Source of the DNA: a virus
Length of the DNA stretch: 61,643 bases
Reading direction: 5' to 3' (one strand)
Virus record (IMG/VR): IMGVR_UViG_3300010403_000005
Span: 1 to 61,643 of that record
Under the pieces are notes generated by a model, which was not told where the DNA came from, ran no database searches, and saw only the letters and a list, made by a program, of their open reading frames with translations. Below, piece by piece: positions 41,988 through 49,678 of this stretch. How positions within the stretch are numbered: position 1 is the first letter of the stretch; each line of letters opens with the position of its first letter. A program made the position numbers and the translations under genes.

Positions 41988-42653
41988 ATGGAGAACAGCA
42001 GCATGACGAAAAAGAACGCCAAGACGCAGCTTCGGTCGATCTGCCCGGCCTGCTTCAACCATCAGGCCCTCCGCCACGGCCGGATGGTGCAGCACGGCTA
42101 CACCCGGCCGGACGGCTACTACGCGAACATCGGCACCTGCCACGGCACGGGCAAGGCCCACTTCGGCACCCCCGAGGGCCGGGATGAGGCCGCCAGCATC
42201 TCGGCTGGCCTCAAGCGGAACGCCAAGAGCGTGACCGCCACTGCCGCCAAGGTTCGCGCAGGAGACGCCGAGACCACGGTGTACGGCAGCAAGCACGAAG
42301 GCGGCCGGTTCATCACGGTGGCGATCCCGGCCCCGACAAGCAGCGAGCGCGAAGCCTACGCCCGGCAGCTGGACTACGAAGCGAAGAGCTGCATCGAGGC
42401 CGCCAAGGAATACGACGCCCGAGTGGCCGCTTGGGAGCCGATGGAGCCGGTCGAGGTTCCGGTCGAAGAGCGCAAAGCCACGGTCCACTTCCGGGCCTAC
42501 ACCTACAGCAAGAGCGGCCACAAAGCCTGCGCAGCCTCCGCGATGGGTGCGATGCGCGGATACGCCCTGATGACCGAAAAGACCGCCGAGGTAACCTGCG
42601 AACGCTGCAAGCAGCGTCGGTCCTACCTCGCAGCGGTGGCGGAGGGCAAGTGA
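41988..42653 (+). CDS. Hypothetical 221 aa
   Basis: ORF track entry with a Cys motif (CPACFNH...CHGTG). Confidence 0.7.
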   Translation: MENSSMTKKNAKTQLRSICPACFNHQALRHGRMVQHGYTRPDGYYANIGTCHGTGKAHFGTPEGRDEAASISAGLKRNAKSVTATAAKVRAGDAETTVYGSKHEGGRFITVAIPAPTSSEREAYARQLDYEAKSCIEAAKEYDARVAAWEPMEPVEVPVEERKATVHFRAYTYSKSGHKACAASAMGAMRGYALMTEKTAEVTCERCKQRRSYLAAVAEGK

Positions 42654-42868
42654 GCACCTTCGGCCGCGACCCGCGAGGCCCCATCCGCTTGATCGTCCGG
42701 GTCGAGGAGATCCGGACGACCCAGCTGCCGAACCACTACGGCACCTGCCGCCCGGTGGTCCTCGACTGCGGACACACGGTAGAATTGAATCAGATCTACA
42801 GCTACAAGGTGGGCGAAGCCTGCCGGTGCTACACCTGCGGCCAAGAAGGCCGCGAGCAAGGACGATGA
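42650..42868 (+). CDS. Hypothetical 72 aa, Cys-motif
   Basis: GTG 42650 (GTGA overlap). Contains ...LDCGHTVEL...CRCYTCGQ. Confidence 0.5.
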   Translation: MSTFGRDPRGPIRLIVRVEEIRTTQLPNHYGTCRPVVLDCGHTVELNQIYSYKVGEACRCYTCGQEGREQGR

Positions 42869-43044
42869 AGGAATACACAACGACGGTCACCCTCAAGATC
42901 ACGGCCAACGACCACGCGGAGGCAGCCGCAGCGCTGACCGAGGCCGTGACGGACTTCAACAAGAAGATGATGACGCCCGGCTCGCGCAGGCCGCAGCGGA
43001 TTGAGATCGAAGAGATCTCCAAGCTCCGGATGGAGCGCGAGTAA
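42865..43044 (+). CDS. Hypothetical 59 aa
   Basis: ATG 42865 (ATGA overlap). Confidence 0.5.
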   Translation: MKEYTTTVTLKITANDHAEAAAALTEAVTDFNKKMMTPGSRRPQRIEIEEISKLRMERE

Positions 43045-43334
43045 TGAGCTGGCTGCTGCCGCTGATCGTGGCGGCCAACATGGCTGACCCGGTTTCGACG
43101 CACATCGCGCTGTCGAGGCCGGGCACCTACGAGGCCAATCCGCTGCTGCCCAATCAGGCGGCCATGTGGAGCCTCAAGGCCGGGGCCTCGGCCGTCGAGA
43201 TCTACGGGGTGCATCGGGCTTGGACCACGGGCCATAAACGGGCCGCCGTAGTGACTACGCTGATCATCGTAGCGGCCAACGGCTGGGTGGCAGCCCATAA
43301 CCTGCAGCAGGGAGGGCGGCCCAATGGCCGGTGA
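43044..43334 (+). CDS. Membrane protein (DUF5658-like)
   Basis: ADPVSTHIAL..GTYEANPLL plus hydrophobic spans. Confidence 0.6.
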   Translation: MSWLLPLIVAANMADPVSTHIALSRPGTYEANPLLPNQAAMWSLKAGASAVEIYGVHRAWTTGHKRAAVVTTLIIVAANGWVAAHNLQQGGRPNGR

Positions 43335-43521
43335 AGATTGCTCAGACGGCAGCTGCGGGGATTGCGGACGCTGCGACAGGGACGAGGCCCGCTGCGAGTT
43401 CTGCGGCTCGACCGCCTGCCAAGGCGACTGCCCGGAGTACTACGAAGCGCTCGAAGACGAGCAGGACGAGTGGAACGCGGACGACGAGGAGATCAATGGC
43501 GACCTTCATCACGAAGCCTGA
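43324..43521 (+). CDS. Acidic Cys-rich 65-aa protein
   Basis: ORF track entry: MAGEDCSDGSCGDCGRCDRDEARCEFCGSTACQGDCPEYYE... Confidence 0.55.
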   Translation: MAGEDCSDGSCGDCGRCDRDEARCEFCGSTACQGDCPEYYEALEDEQDEWNADDEEINGDLHHEA

Positions 43522-43690
43522 GCTGGAGAAGAAGATCGCGGAGATGCAACGAGTGGCCGATAAGATGCTGTCGTCCAAGGATCGGGTGTGCCCGGTGTGC
43601 CTTTCGCTGACACGCGTCGGATACAGGGACAAACGGAACGGACGCGAAGAGGAGTGCTGGTGCGACTTTCCCGGCACGCCAATGGACTAG
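43496..43690 (+). CDS. Hypothetical 64 aa, Cys-motif
   Basis: MATFITKPELEKKIAEM...CPVCLS...CWCDF. Confidence 0.5.
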   Translation: MATFITKPELEKKIAEMQRVADKMLSSKDRVCPVCLSLTRVGYRDKRNGREEECWCDFPGTPMD

Positions 43691-43700
43691 GGAGCCAGAG

Positions 43701-43868
43701 ATGAAGTACTACTGTGAAGCGTTCAACACGGACCGCCGCATCGGTGGCTTCGTAGTCGAAGCCGAGACCATGTCGGAAGCCCTGCTCAAGGCGTCGAAGA
43801 ACATCGAGGTGGCCATCCGGCCGAACCAGTATCGGATCACCGTCACTCAACTGGAGGAGAGAACGTGA
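43701..43868 (+). CDS. Hypothetical 55 aa
   Basis: Hand translation gives MKYYCEAFNTDRRIGGFVVEAETMSEALLKASKNIEVAIRPNQYRITVTQLEERT, with GGGAG upstream. Confidence 0.5.
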   Translation: MKYYCEAFNTDRRIGGFVVEAETMSEALLKASKNIEVAIRPNQYRITVTQLEERT

Positions 43869-44062
43869 GACCCAACATGAAGCTCGTGCGTCTGGAACGC
43901 CGCGTAGTGAGCGCGGAGGCCAAGTACCAGCAGAACCCGACCCATCACCGGGCCAAGATCCTGAAGCAGCGTCGGCGGCTGCTCGCTCGTGCGGAGGCCA
44001 ACGGGGCCACCAACGCGGACGTCAACACGGTCCGCATGCTGCGGCTGAGCAAAGCGAGCTAG
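43865..44062 (+). CDS. Hypothetical basic 65 aa
   Basis: ORF track entry (GTGA overlap). Confidence 0.5.
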   Translation: MRPNMKLVRLERRVVSAEAKYQQNPTHHRAKILKQRRRLLARAEANGATNADVNTVRMLRLSKAS

Positions 44063-44064
44063 CC

Positions 44065-44184
44065 ATGACTTGGACCTACATCGCTATCGGGTTGATCTGG
44101 CTGCTCGGGGCCATTCTGCTCGGCCTACTCATCGGAGCCGTGGCCGGGAAGCGCACGCCGAAACCTCCGACAAAGGGAGCCTAG
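44065..44184 (+). CDS. Small single-TM protein (39 aa)
   Basis: Hand translation gives MTWTYIAIGLIWLLGAILLGLLIGAVAGKRTPKPPTKGA. Confidence 0.45.
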   Translation: MTWTYIAIGLIWLLGAILLGLLIGAVAGKRTPKPPTKGA

Positions 44185-44185
44185 C

Positions 44186-44446
44186 ATGGGCCGTTCAGGA
44201 CCGCGACCCGGAGGCACGCTGGCTACCCTCCAGAGCGTGCGTAAGCACCTGACGATGGAGCCAGACACCTTCGACTGCGACGGCATCGGCGGAGAATTCA
44301 TTACGCTGGCGGACGGCCGGAAGATGACGCCTACGGACTTTGTGCGTGAACGCACTCGGCTCTGGAGGCAGACGTGGGTGATCGCCCCGCTCGACCGGCT
44401 GATCGCCAAGGAACTCAAGAAGCGTCAACCGAAGGAGCAACGCTGA
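44186..44446 (+). CDS. Hypothetical 86 aa
   Basis: ORF track entry. Confidence 0.6.
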   Translation: MGRSGPRPGGTLATLQSVRKHLTMEPDTFDCDGIGGEFITLADGRKMTPTDFVRERTRLWRQTWVIAPLDRLIAKELKKRQPKEQR

Positions 44447-44904
44447 TGGCTACGACGACAGTGGGCAAGGCGGTCCGAGCTGCCCGCGAACTCAAAGGTC
44501 TACTGGAAGTGCTATGGGCCGAACGCGAAGCCCGGCAGCACGTGCCAGCTCACGAACTCAAGAGACTCGAGACTCTGGTCGAGGACTGCGCAGAGCATGA
44601 GGCTTTCGCGGACGGCATGGGTTTCCGCAAGGGCTACGAGGTGGACGCTGGCCGCCTGCCCGACTGGGACCGAGGCAACAAGATGACCATCCCGGCAGAG
44701 ACTATCGCCACGGCCGGAGAGACCGTCCGCGTCGAGCACCGGGTGCTGAACCAACTGCGCGGCAAGACCATCCGGCGAGCAGTGCTCAACGTGATAGAGA
44801 ACGCCGATCACAAAGGCGTGGCGGACCTGATGATCGCCTGCCAAGACGGCTCAGCCATCCAGATCGAAGCGACCGGCTCCGTCAAGGTGGTGGTGCTCCC
44901 ATGA
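44446..44904 (+). CDS. Hypothetical 152 aa
   Basis: ATG 44446 (TGATG overlap). Confidence 0.6.
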   Translation: MATTTVGKAVRAARELKGLLEVLWAEREARQHVPAHELKRLETLVEDCAEHEAFADGMGFRKGYEVDAGRLPDWDRGNKMTIPAETIATAGETVRVEHRVLNQLRGKTIRRAVLNVIENADHKGVADLMIACQDGSAIQIEATGSVKVVVLP

Positions 44905-45446
44905 GCGCAGCGTCACATGATCCAAACTGGGCTCTGCGCGTGATCGCCACCGGCCACAACGACGACACGCACCTACGCCGGGGTAACTGCTACTACGCGT
45001 CTGAGGCCCTGTACCACATCCTCGGTGGCAAGGCAGCAGGGTGGAAGCCGATGCGCGTAGGTATCGTTCACGAGAACGGCAAGCGGGAGAACCACTGGTA
45101 CCTGCAACATCAGTCAGGGATGATTCTCGACGTGTCGGTGCGACAGTTCGACGCACCGGGTTGGTACATGAAACCGGACTACTCGAAAGGCATCGGTAGC
45201 GGGTTTCTCACGGGTCCGCCATCGAACCGCGCAAAGGACTTGATGATTGCGCTGACATGGCATACGCTCACGAAGCGTCAAACCCAGCCTACGGCTGGTC
45301 GCCCGGCTACCGCCGGAGCGCACGAAGGAGGCACACGATGGACGTCAAGAAGCTCAAGGCAGCGCTCAAGACCGTCAACGAGGAACTCAGCACGGTCATC
45401 GACGGCAAGACGAAGGCCCGCGACCTCAAGGGGTTCCGCTCGCTGA
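44901..45446 (+). CDS. Hypothetical protein; 3' end uncertain
   Basis: ORF track entry. The N-terminal ~115 aa look protein-like (RGNCYYASEALYHILGG...). The last ~60 aa are Arg/Ser-rich and overlap the next gene. Confidence 0.55.
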   Translation: MSAASHDPNWALRVIATGHNDDTHLRRGNCYYASEALYHILGGKAAGWKPMRVGIVHENGKRENHWYLQHQSGMILDVSVRQFDAPGWYMKPDYSKGIGSGFLTGPPSNRAKDLMIALTWHTLTKRQTQPTAGRPATAGAHEGGTRWTSRSSRQRSRPSTRNSARSSTARRRPATSRGSAR

Positions 45447-45544
45447 TCTCGGCCGGGCAGCACATCGAGGCCGCCGAGAAGAACATCGACAAGGCGGTCG
45501 AGCAGAGCAAGCCGAAGGCCGCGAAGACCTCTGCGGCTGCGTAA
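45257..45544 (+). CDS. Hypothetical protein (95 aa, or 68 aa from ATG 45338)
   Basis: GGAGG lies upstream of ATG 45338. Translation begins MDVKKLKAALKTVNEELS... Confidence 0.6.
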   Translation: MAYAHEASNPAYGWSPGYRRSARRRHTMDVKKLKAALKTVNEELSTVIDGKTKARDLKGFRSLISAGQHIEAAEKNIDKAVEQSKPKAAKTSAAA

Positions 45545-45555
45545 CGACTTCGGGG

Positions 45556-45629
45556 TGGCGGTTTCCACAGGATGTGGGGCAGCGACGGCTGCAACGCTAC
45601 GGCGGAAGGTTCGAGTCCTTGGCCGCCAT
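45556..45629 (+). other. tRNA-like element (acceptor, short D arm and T arm, but a tetraloop hairpin in place of the anticodon arm)
   Basis: TGGCGGT pairs with GCCGCCA. The T arm is (G)AAGG-TTCGAGT-CCTT(G). The central hairpin is GCAGC-GACG-GCTGC. There is no CCA. Confidence 0.35.
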
Positions 45630-45644
45630 CCCGAGCCACACGAA

Positions 45645-46036
45645 GGGGCCGACTTGGTTTCGACGGAATCGAGAATCGCGGGACTGCATGCGGTGCTGGC
45701 GGAAGGCACCTTAATCTCAGACGCAACACATCAAATGGCAACCAGCCTTTGAAGATGGCGGCCTAACACCCGCCCTCCACTGGCGCAGCTGAACCCCGAT
45801 AGGCTGCGCTGGTGTCATCGACTCGGGGTGGTGGAGGGTGATGCGGCGAGAGCCGGTCGCCCCTGTAAGAACCTTGGTCGGCTAACCCGGTAATGCCATG
45901 CCGCTTAGAACGGGGTGGAGAGTGGCGGGAACCAAGGACGAAGGAGCAAGGCGGATGACCCACGTACGGGTCAAGCATGTAGACGTTTCGTAGGTTGCGG
46001 TTTCGGACTGGGGTTCGATTCCCCACGGCTCCACCA
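45645..46036 (+). ncRNA. ssrA: tmRNA (ssrA), one-piece, 392 nt including CCA
   Basis: 5' GGGGCCGACTTGGTTTCGACGG and 3' GGACTGGGGTTCGATTCCCCACGGCTCCACCA. The acceptor stem has a G3-U70 pair. An internal tag frame reads ...AAC ACA TCA AAT GGC AAC CAG CCT TTG AAG ATG GCG GCC TAA. Confidence 0.9.
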
Positions 46037-46054
46037 TTTTTCGTAAAAGGGTGT

Positions 46055-46324
46055 ATGGTTCACTGCCCAGCGTGCTCATCAGAGATGACCCGGCAGATGC
46101 CAGTTCGGGTACAGATCGCCAACTTCATTCACAGCACTGCCGTGCTGGTCTGTTCGCGCTGCCCGCTGGTGACCGAGGTGAACGCGGAAGAGAACTACCG
46201 GCTGATCGAGTACCCGGATCTCAACGTCGAGCATCTGGTGCGGTACGGCCGCCCCGGCTTGGTCACCACGATCCGCGAGCAGACACTCCGCCCGGCCAAC
46301 TACCTCGTGAAGGGCGAATCCTGA
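46055..46324 (+). CDS. Hypothetical 89-aa zinc-ribbon protein
   Basis: MVHCPACSSEM...LVCSRCPL. Confidence 0.55.
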   Translation: MVHCPACSSEMTRQMPVRVQIANFIHSTAVLVCSRCPLVTEVNAEENYRLIEYPDLNVEHLVRYGRPGLVTTIREQTLRPANYLVKGES

Positions 46325-46665
46325 TCCTCCCCGCAGCCACCTACCGTAAAGCCTGACACGGCCCGCTCGGGCTTGCCTAACGCGCTCTCTACCCGGCAGA
46401 ACGCCTCCGACGAGCCGCACGGCACGTGATCGATCAACATCACATGGGTCACAGCCGCCCGGTCGCCCTCCAGATCTCCGCCTGACGTCCGCAGGCCCTC
46501 GATCCCCATTTCCAGCCAGCGGTGATCGGGATCGCGGGGAACGCTGCACGTGAGCCGCAGGGTGCCTCCAGCGAGGATCGTACGCGGGTAGGCCGTGGCC
46601 CGGAGGCCGGGATCGCCAGCGGCTGAGCTAGCAGCCAGCAGGAGGGCGATGCATGCAAGTTTCAT
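46300..46665 (-). CDS. Small secreted protein (121 aa)
   Basis: MKLACIALLLAASSAAG signal from ATG 46665. No clear Shine-Dalgarno. It converges on and overlaps the previous gene by 25 nt. Confidence 0.45.
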   Translation of the reverse strand: MKLACIALLLAASSAAGDPGLRATAYPRTILAGGTLRLTCSVPRDPDHRWLEMGIEGLRTSGGDLEGDRAAVTHVMLIDHVPCGSSEAFCRVESALGKPERAVSGFTVGGCGEDQDSPFTR

Positions 46666-46982
46666 GCCAAAAGAATAACACATCTGGTGATCCGTTTTCC
46701 CGCGACAGAGCGCGTGTGTGGGTGTACCAAATGCGACTGACAGGCGGTACACGAAAGGTTTAACCTAGCTTCCGATGAGCACGAGACTCCAAGCCCGGCG
46801 GCCAACGTTGGCCGGACACGGTCGAGCGGCCGGAACAGCAGCCCCTGCCGCCCGGTCGGCAGCGGCCTTCCCACGCAGAGCAGAAACTGCCCTACAAGTG
46901 GAAGAATTACGGACTTGTGATGCCAAGGTTGTAATCGACTCATCCGTGCAAAGTGCGCAATCCACGGCACTTAGCAGAAACG

Positions 46983-47011
46983 TTGATCTGGCACGGACCT
47001 TGGAGTATCCT
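46983..47011 (+). promoter_or_regulatory. Promoter candidate: sigma-70-like TTGATC-N17-TATCCT overlapping a degenerate sigma-54-like CTGGCACGGACCTTGGA
   Basis: It shares the 11-mer TGGCACGGACC with the element at 40181-40191. Its -12 position reads GG, not GC. Confidence 0.4.
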
Positions 47012-47088
47012 AATTGAAACACGCGGGCGGCTTGAATGACCAAGCCGACCCGACTCGGTAGACGGAACGCATGAAGGAGAACGACACC

Positions 47089-47334
47089 ATGACGATCAAA
47101 GCCAACCTGCTCACCACCAAGCATCCCCGCACGGGCTACAAGCTCAAGGGCCGCAAGTCGCTGCCCAAGACGCTGCCGGAGCGGCCGATGCAGGTAGCCA
47201 AGTTCCTCCAGAAGCACCCCGGTGCTCCCCGGCCGCGTATCGCGGAGGCCCTCAACGTCAGCATGAACGCGGTGTCCGGAGCGATCCACCTGCTCAAGGA
47301 AGAATCGCTGCTCGACCAGATCGCCCTTCCGTAG
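47089..47334 (+). CDS. Winged-helix / HTH DNA-binding protein (candidate regulator)
   Basis: AAGGAG lies upstream of ATG 47089 (the ORF track starts at 47071). Contains PRIAEALNVSMNAVSGAIHLLKEESLL. Confidence 0.6.
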   Translation: MTIKANLLTTKHPRTGYKLKGRKSLPKTLPERPMQVAKFLQKHPGAPRPRIAEALNVSMNAVSGAIHLLKEESLLDQIALP

Positions 47335-47403
47335 AGCCCACGGCCGAGGTGGCGGTACCCATGAGCTTGCGCGGGGCCGCCACCTGATCTACCATCCGCG
47401 TCA

Positions 47404-47601
47404 ATGACCACAGCTTACCTCCGGACGCGGCATGAGATTCTCTTCGACCAGATCGTACGATCCTTCACCAACCGACACACGACTCCGATCACGCGGGCCG
47501 AGATGAAGCTCCGCGTGATCGACTTGCGCTTGGTAGCTTCGCATCTACGAGCGCGTGGCTGCTCGGAGTGTGAGCAGCACGTAGCTCGCACCCGATCCTA
47601 A
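47404..47601 (+). CDS. Hypothetical 65 aa
   Basis: ORF track entry. Confidence 0.45.
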   Translation: MTTAYLRTRHEILFDQIVRSFTNRHTTPITRAEMKLRVIDLRLVASHLRARGCSECEQHVARTRS

Positions 47602-47615
47602 GTTCTGCCGGGCAG

Positions 47616-47663
47616 CCGGTCCCACGGACTGAATGAGTGGGAACCATAACGGTACGGGACCGG
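47616..47663. terminator. Nested inverted repeats between convergent genes (candidate bidirectional terminator)
   Basis: CCGGTCCC (47616-47623) pairs with GGGACCGG (47656-47663). The inner pair is TCCCAC / GTGGGA. Confidence 0.4.
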
Positions 47664-47675
47664 CCGCCCGGTAGG

Positions 47676-47948
47676 TCACCCACGCTCTTCGATGACCTGC
47701 CGCAGGTAGATGGCCAGATCGAGCGCTTCCTGATAGGCGTCCATGAGCGCATCCCGGCCGTTGTGGGCTTGGAGCAAGGTGCCGTACCGTTCGAGCCCGA
47801 CTTCCTTCCGAGCGGTGATGTCCGCTATCACCAGATCCTGAATCGCCGGGCGGTCGTTCTTGACCGGCTGCGGCTGGTGCTCGGCCACGCCTTCGAGGGC
47901 CTCGACGTCCGCCGGGTCGCTCGCGCTGGGTCGCATGGAGTCGCTCAT
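47676..47948 (-). CDS. MazG-like nucleotide pyrophosphohydrolase family (putative), 90 aa
   Basis: ...DLVIADITARKEVGLERYGTLLQAHNGRDALMDAYQEALDLAIYL. The start has a TGATG overlap. Confidence 0.45.
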   Translation of the reverse strand: MSDSMRPSASDPADVEALEGVAEHQPQPVKNDRPAIQDLVIADITARKEVGLERYGTLLQAHNGRDALMDAYQEALDLAIYLRQVIEERG

Positions 47949-48289
47949 CAGTTTCCTCCGTCCTCGCGTACGTGCGCGAGCACGAGCGTGTAACCGTGGA
48001 TGTCCACCATGTTGTCGCGTTTGTGCTTGCGGATCTCCCGCACGAGCTTCATGCCGCTCAGCAGCAGGACCACGTCTTCGGGCGACAGGTCTTCCTTGAG
48101 CTTGTGCGCGAGCAGGCCGCTCCACACCTTGGCCTGCGCCTCGTACGCCGGGCGAGGGCTGCCGTACGCGGCCTGCCGGTCGCCGTTGACGAGCGCGTTG
48201 GCTTCGGCCATGTGGTCTTCACCGGGCTTGCCCGGCACGTCGTGACCCTTGAAACCCCGACGCTGGGTGCGTTGCTGTTCCGTTGCCAT
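47948..48289 (-). CDS. DUF6378-like protein
   Basis: GDRQAAYGSP...LSPEDVVLLLSGMKLVREIRKHKRDNMVDIHGY. Confidence 0.5.
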   Translation of the reverse strand: MATEQQRTQRRGFKGHDVPGKPGEDHMAEANALVNGDRQAAYGSPRPAYEAQAKVWSGLLAHKLKEDLSPEDVVLLLSGMKLVREIRKHKRDNMVDIHGYTLVLAHVREDGGN

Positions 48290-48301
48290 GTGAGATTCTC
48301 C

Positions 48302-48490
48302 TTAGAAAAGGGTCAGCAGTACCGGCAGCGCTGGCGTACACGCGTGCAGGAGCAGCAGCGAGAGGGCCGCCGCGATCAGGACGGCCGCTGCGAACCACTG
48401 CCCATCGAAGGGCACGTGGCCGCAGGCGTAGCACATCCAGTGTTGGCCGTCGAAACGAAAGTAGTTGAGGCCGCAGCGAGGGCAGTTCAT
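48302..48490 (-). CDS. Zinc-ribbon plus C-terminal TM protein (62 aa)
   Basis: MNCPRCGLNY..WMCYACGH..WFAAAVLIAAALSLLLL. Confidence 0.6.
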   Translation of the reverse strand: MNCPRCGLNYFRFDGQHWMCYACGHVPFDGQWFAAAVLIAAALSLLLLHACTPALPVLLTLF

Positions 48491-48491
48491 G

Positions 48492-49649
48492 TTATACCTT
48501 CAGTCGGGGCACCATCGCCACCGGGCCGGAGAGCGACCAGCGCTGGTTCACGTAGTAGCCCTTGTTGTAGTACTTCTTGAAGTAACTGACCACCTCTTCG
48601 ATGGCACCGGTCTCGGGGTTCTGCCGGGCGAGGATCAGCCAGCCGCCGATGGTGAACGTGAGCTTCTTCTTGCGGGCGAACACGGTCTGGTCCTGAAAGC
48701 AGCCGGTCTGGAAGCAGTGCACGTTGCGGACTTCAAGGTGCTCCGCCTTGTGGTAGTGGCCCGCGAGCAGGATGGCCGGTTTCTCTCCGCCCTCGTAGCC
48801 CTCTACGATCTTCTGGACCGTGTAGCTCGTAGCGTACGCCGAGCCGCCACCGGGGTGCATGGCGTGCAGCATCGACTGGGCACCGGACTCGCGGTGCTGC
48901 AGCGGCAGGAAGCACTCCATGTAGCCGAGGTTTTTGATGTCGCCCCGGCCGTGCCGCTCCATCGTCATCTGCATGTAGTTGCCGATGTCCACGCCTTCGC
49001 GTTGCGCGTACCAGCCCTCGTGGTCGTCGCCGGAGATCATGAGCGTCTCGATGCCCTTGACCTTCGGGTAGTTGTCGGCCATGTACCGGAGCTGCGCGTC
49101 CATGCCGTGGACGTTCAGCTCAAACTTGTTGAAGCGGGCCTCGCCGTCGATGTAGTTGCCGGTGTGGATCACGGTCTTGACGCCGTTGGCTTCGAAGATC
49201 CGGTAGATGTCGTGCAGCTCTTCGAGCCGTTCCTGCTTGCTGCACATGTGCGTGTCACCGATGGCACCGAACATGTGCCAGCCGTTCTTGTCGCTGACGA
49301 GCGGACGGTCGAAGATGCCGCCGATGTTCGGAGCGTTCTCGAACGACCAGCGCTCACCGAACTGGTAAATCGTCCGGCCTTCGCTCGCGAGCCGCTGCAG
49401 CGCGGCCAGCGCTGTGCCTGCTTCCATCTTCAGGTCGGTCTCGATGTCTTCCGGCCGGACGCCACCCTTGGTCGAGAACCGCTTGACGTAGCCAAGGATC
49501 TTCTCGTCGTCCGGAGGCTCGACGGCCGCTGCTGGGACCGCCTGCGCTCGACGGTACTCCTTGTAGCAAGCTCCGCAGAGCTTGGCGTCGGACTCCTTGT
49601 AGTTCTTGCACTGCGCGAAGTTCGGGCACTTCGAGTTGCGAATAGCCAT
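48492..49649 (-). CDS. Calcineurin-like metallophosphoesterase with an N-terminal Cys-motif / wHTH-like region
   Basis: GAIGDTH, HTGNYIDG, SGDDHEGW and AGHYHK motifs. Confidence 0.75.
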   Translation of the reverse strand: MAIRNSKCPNFAQCKNYKESDAKLCGACYKEYRRAQAVPAAAVEPPDDEKILGYVKRFSTKGGVRPEDIETDLKMEAGTALAALQRLASEGRTIYQFGERWSFENAPNIGGIFDRPLVSDKNGWHMFGAIGDTHMCSKQERLEELHDIYRIFEANGVKTVIHTGNYIDGEARFNKFELNVHGMDAQLRYMADNYPKVKGIETLMISGDDHEGWYAQREGVDIGNYMQMTMERHGRGDIKNLGYMECFLPLQHRESGAQSMLHAMHPGGGSAYATSYTVQKIVEGYEGGEKPAILLAGHYHKAEHLEVRNVHCFQTGCFQDQTVFARKKKLTFTIGGWLILARQNPETGAIEEVVSYFKKYYNKGYYVNQRWSLSGPVAMVPRLKV

Positions 49650-49678
49650 GTGACGATCCTTTCGGGTTGGGTAAAGCG

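Noticed and set aside
45690-45770. Alternative tmRNA tag frame starting at GCA (GCA ACA CAT CAA ATG GCA ACC AGC CTT TGA, giving ATHQMATSL).
   Set aside because: It starts with the usual Ala codon, but it ends in ...TSL. The other frame ends in ...MAA followed by TAA, which is closer to canonical tags. The resume codon cannot be fixed without a covariance-model alignment.
45556-46036. tRNA/tmRNA-like sequences as an attP site of a temperate phage.
   Set aside because: The tmRNA is full length (both the 5' and 3' halves are present), and I recognised no integrase, excisionase or recombinase anywhere in the genome.
47071-47334. The HTH protein as a lysogeny repressor, implying a temperate lifestyle.
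   Set aside because: There is no integrase, partition system or immunity-region architecture. A single small winged-helix protein is not enough to infer lysogeny.
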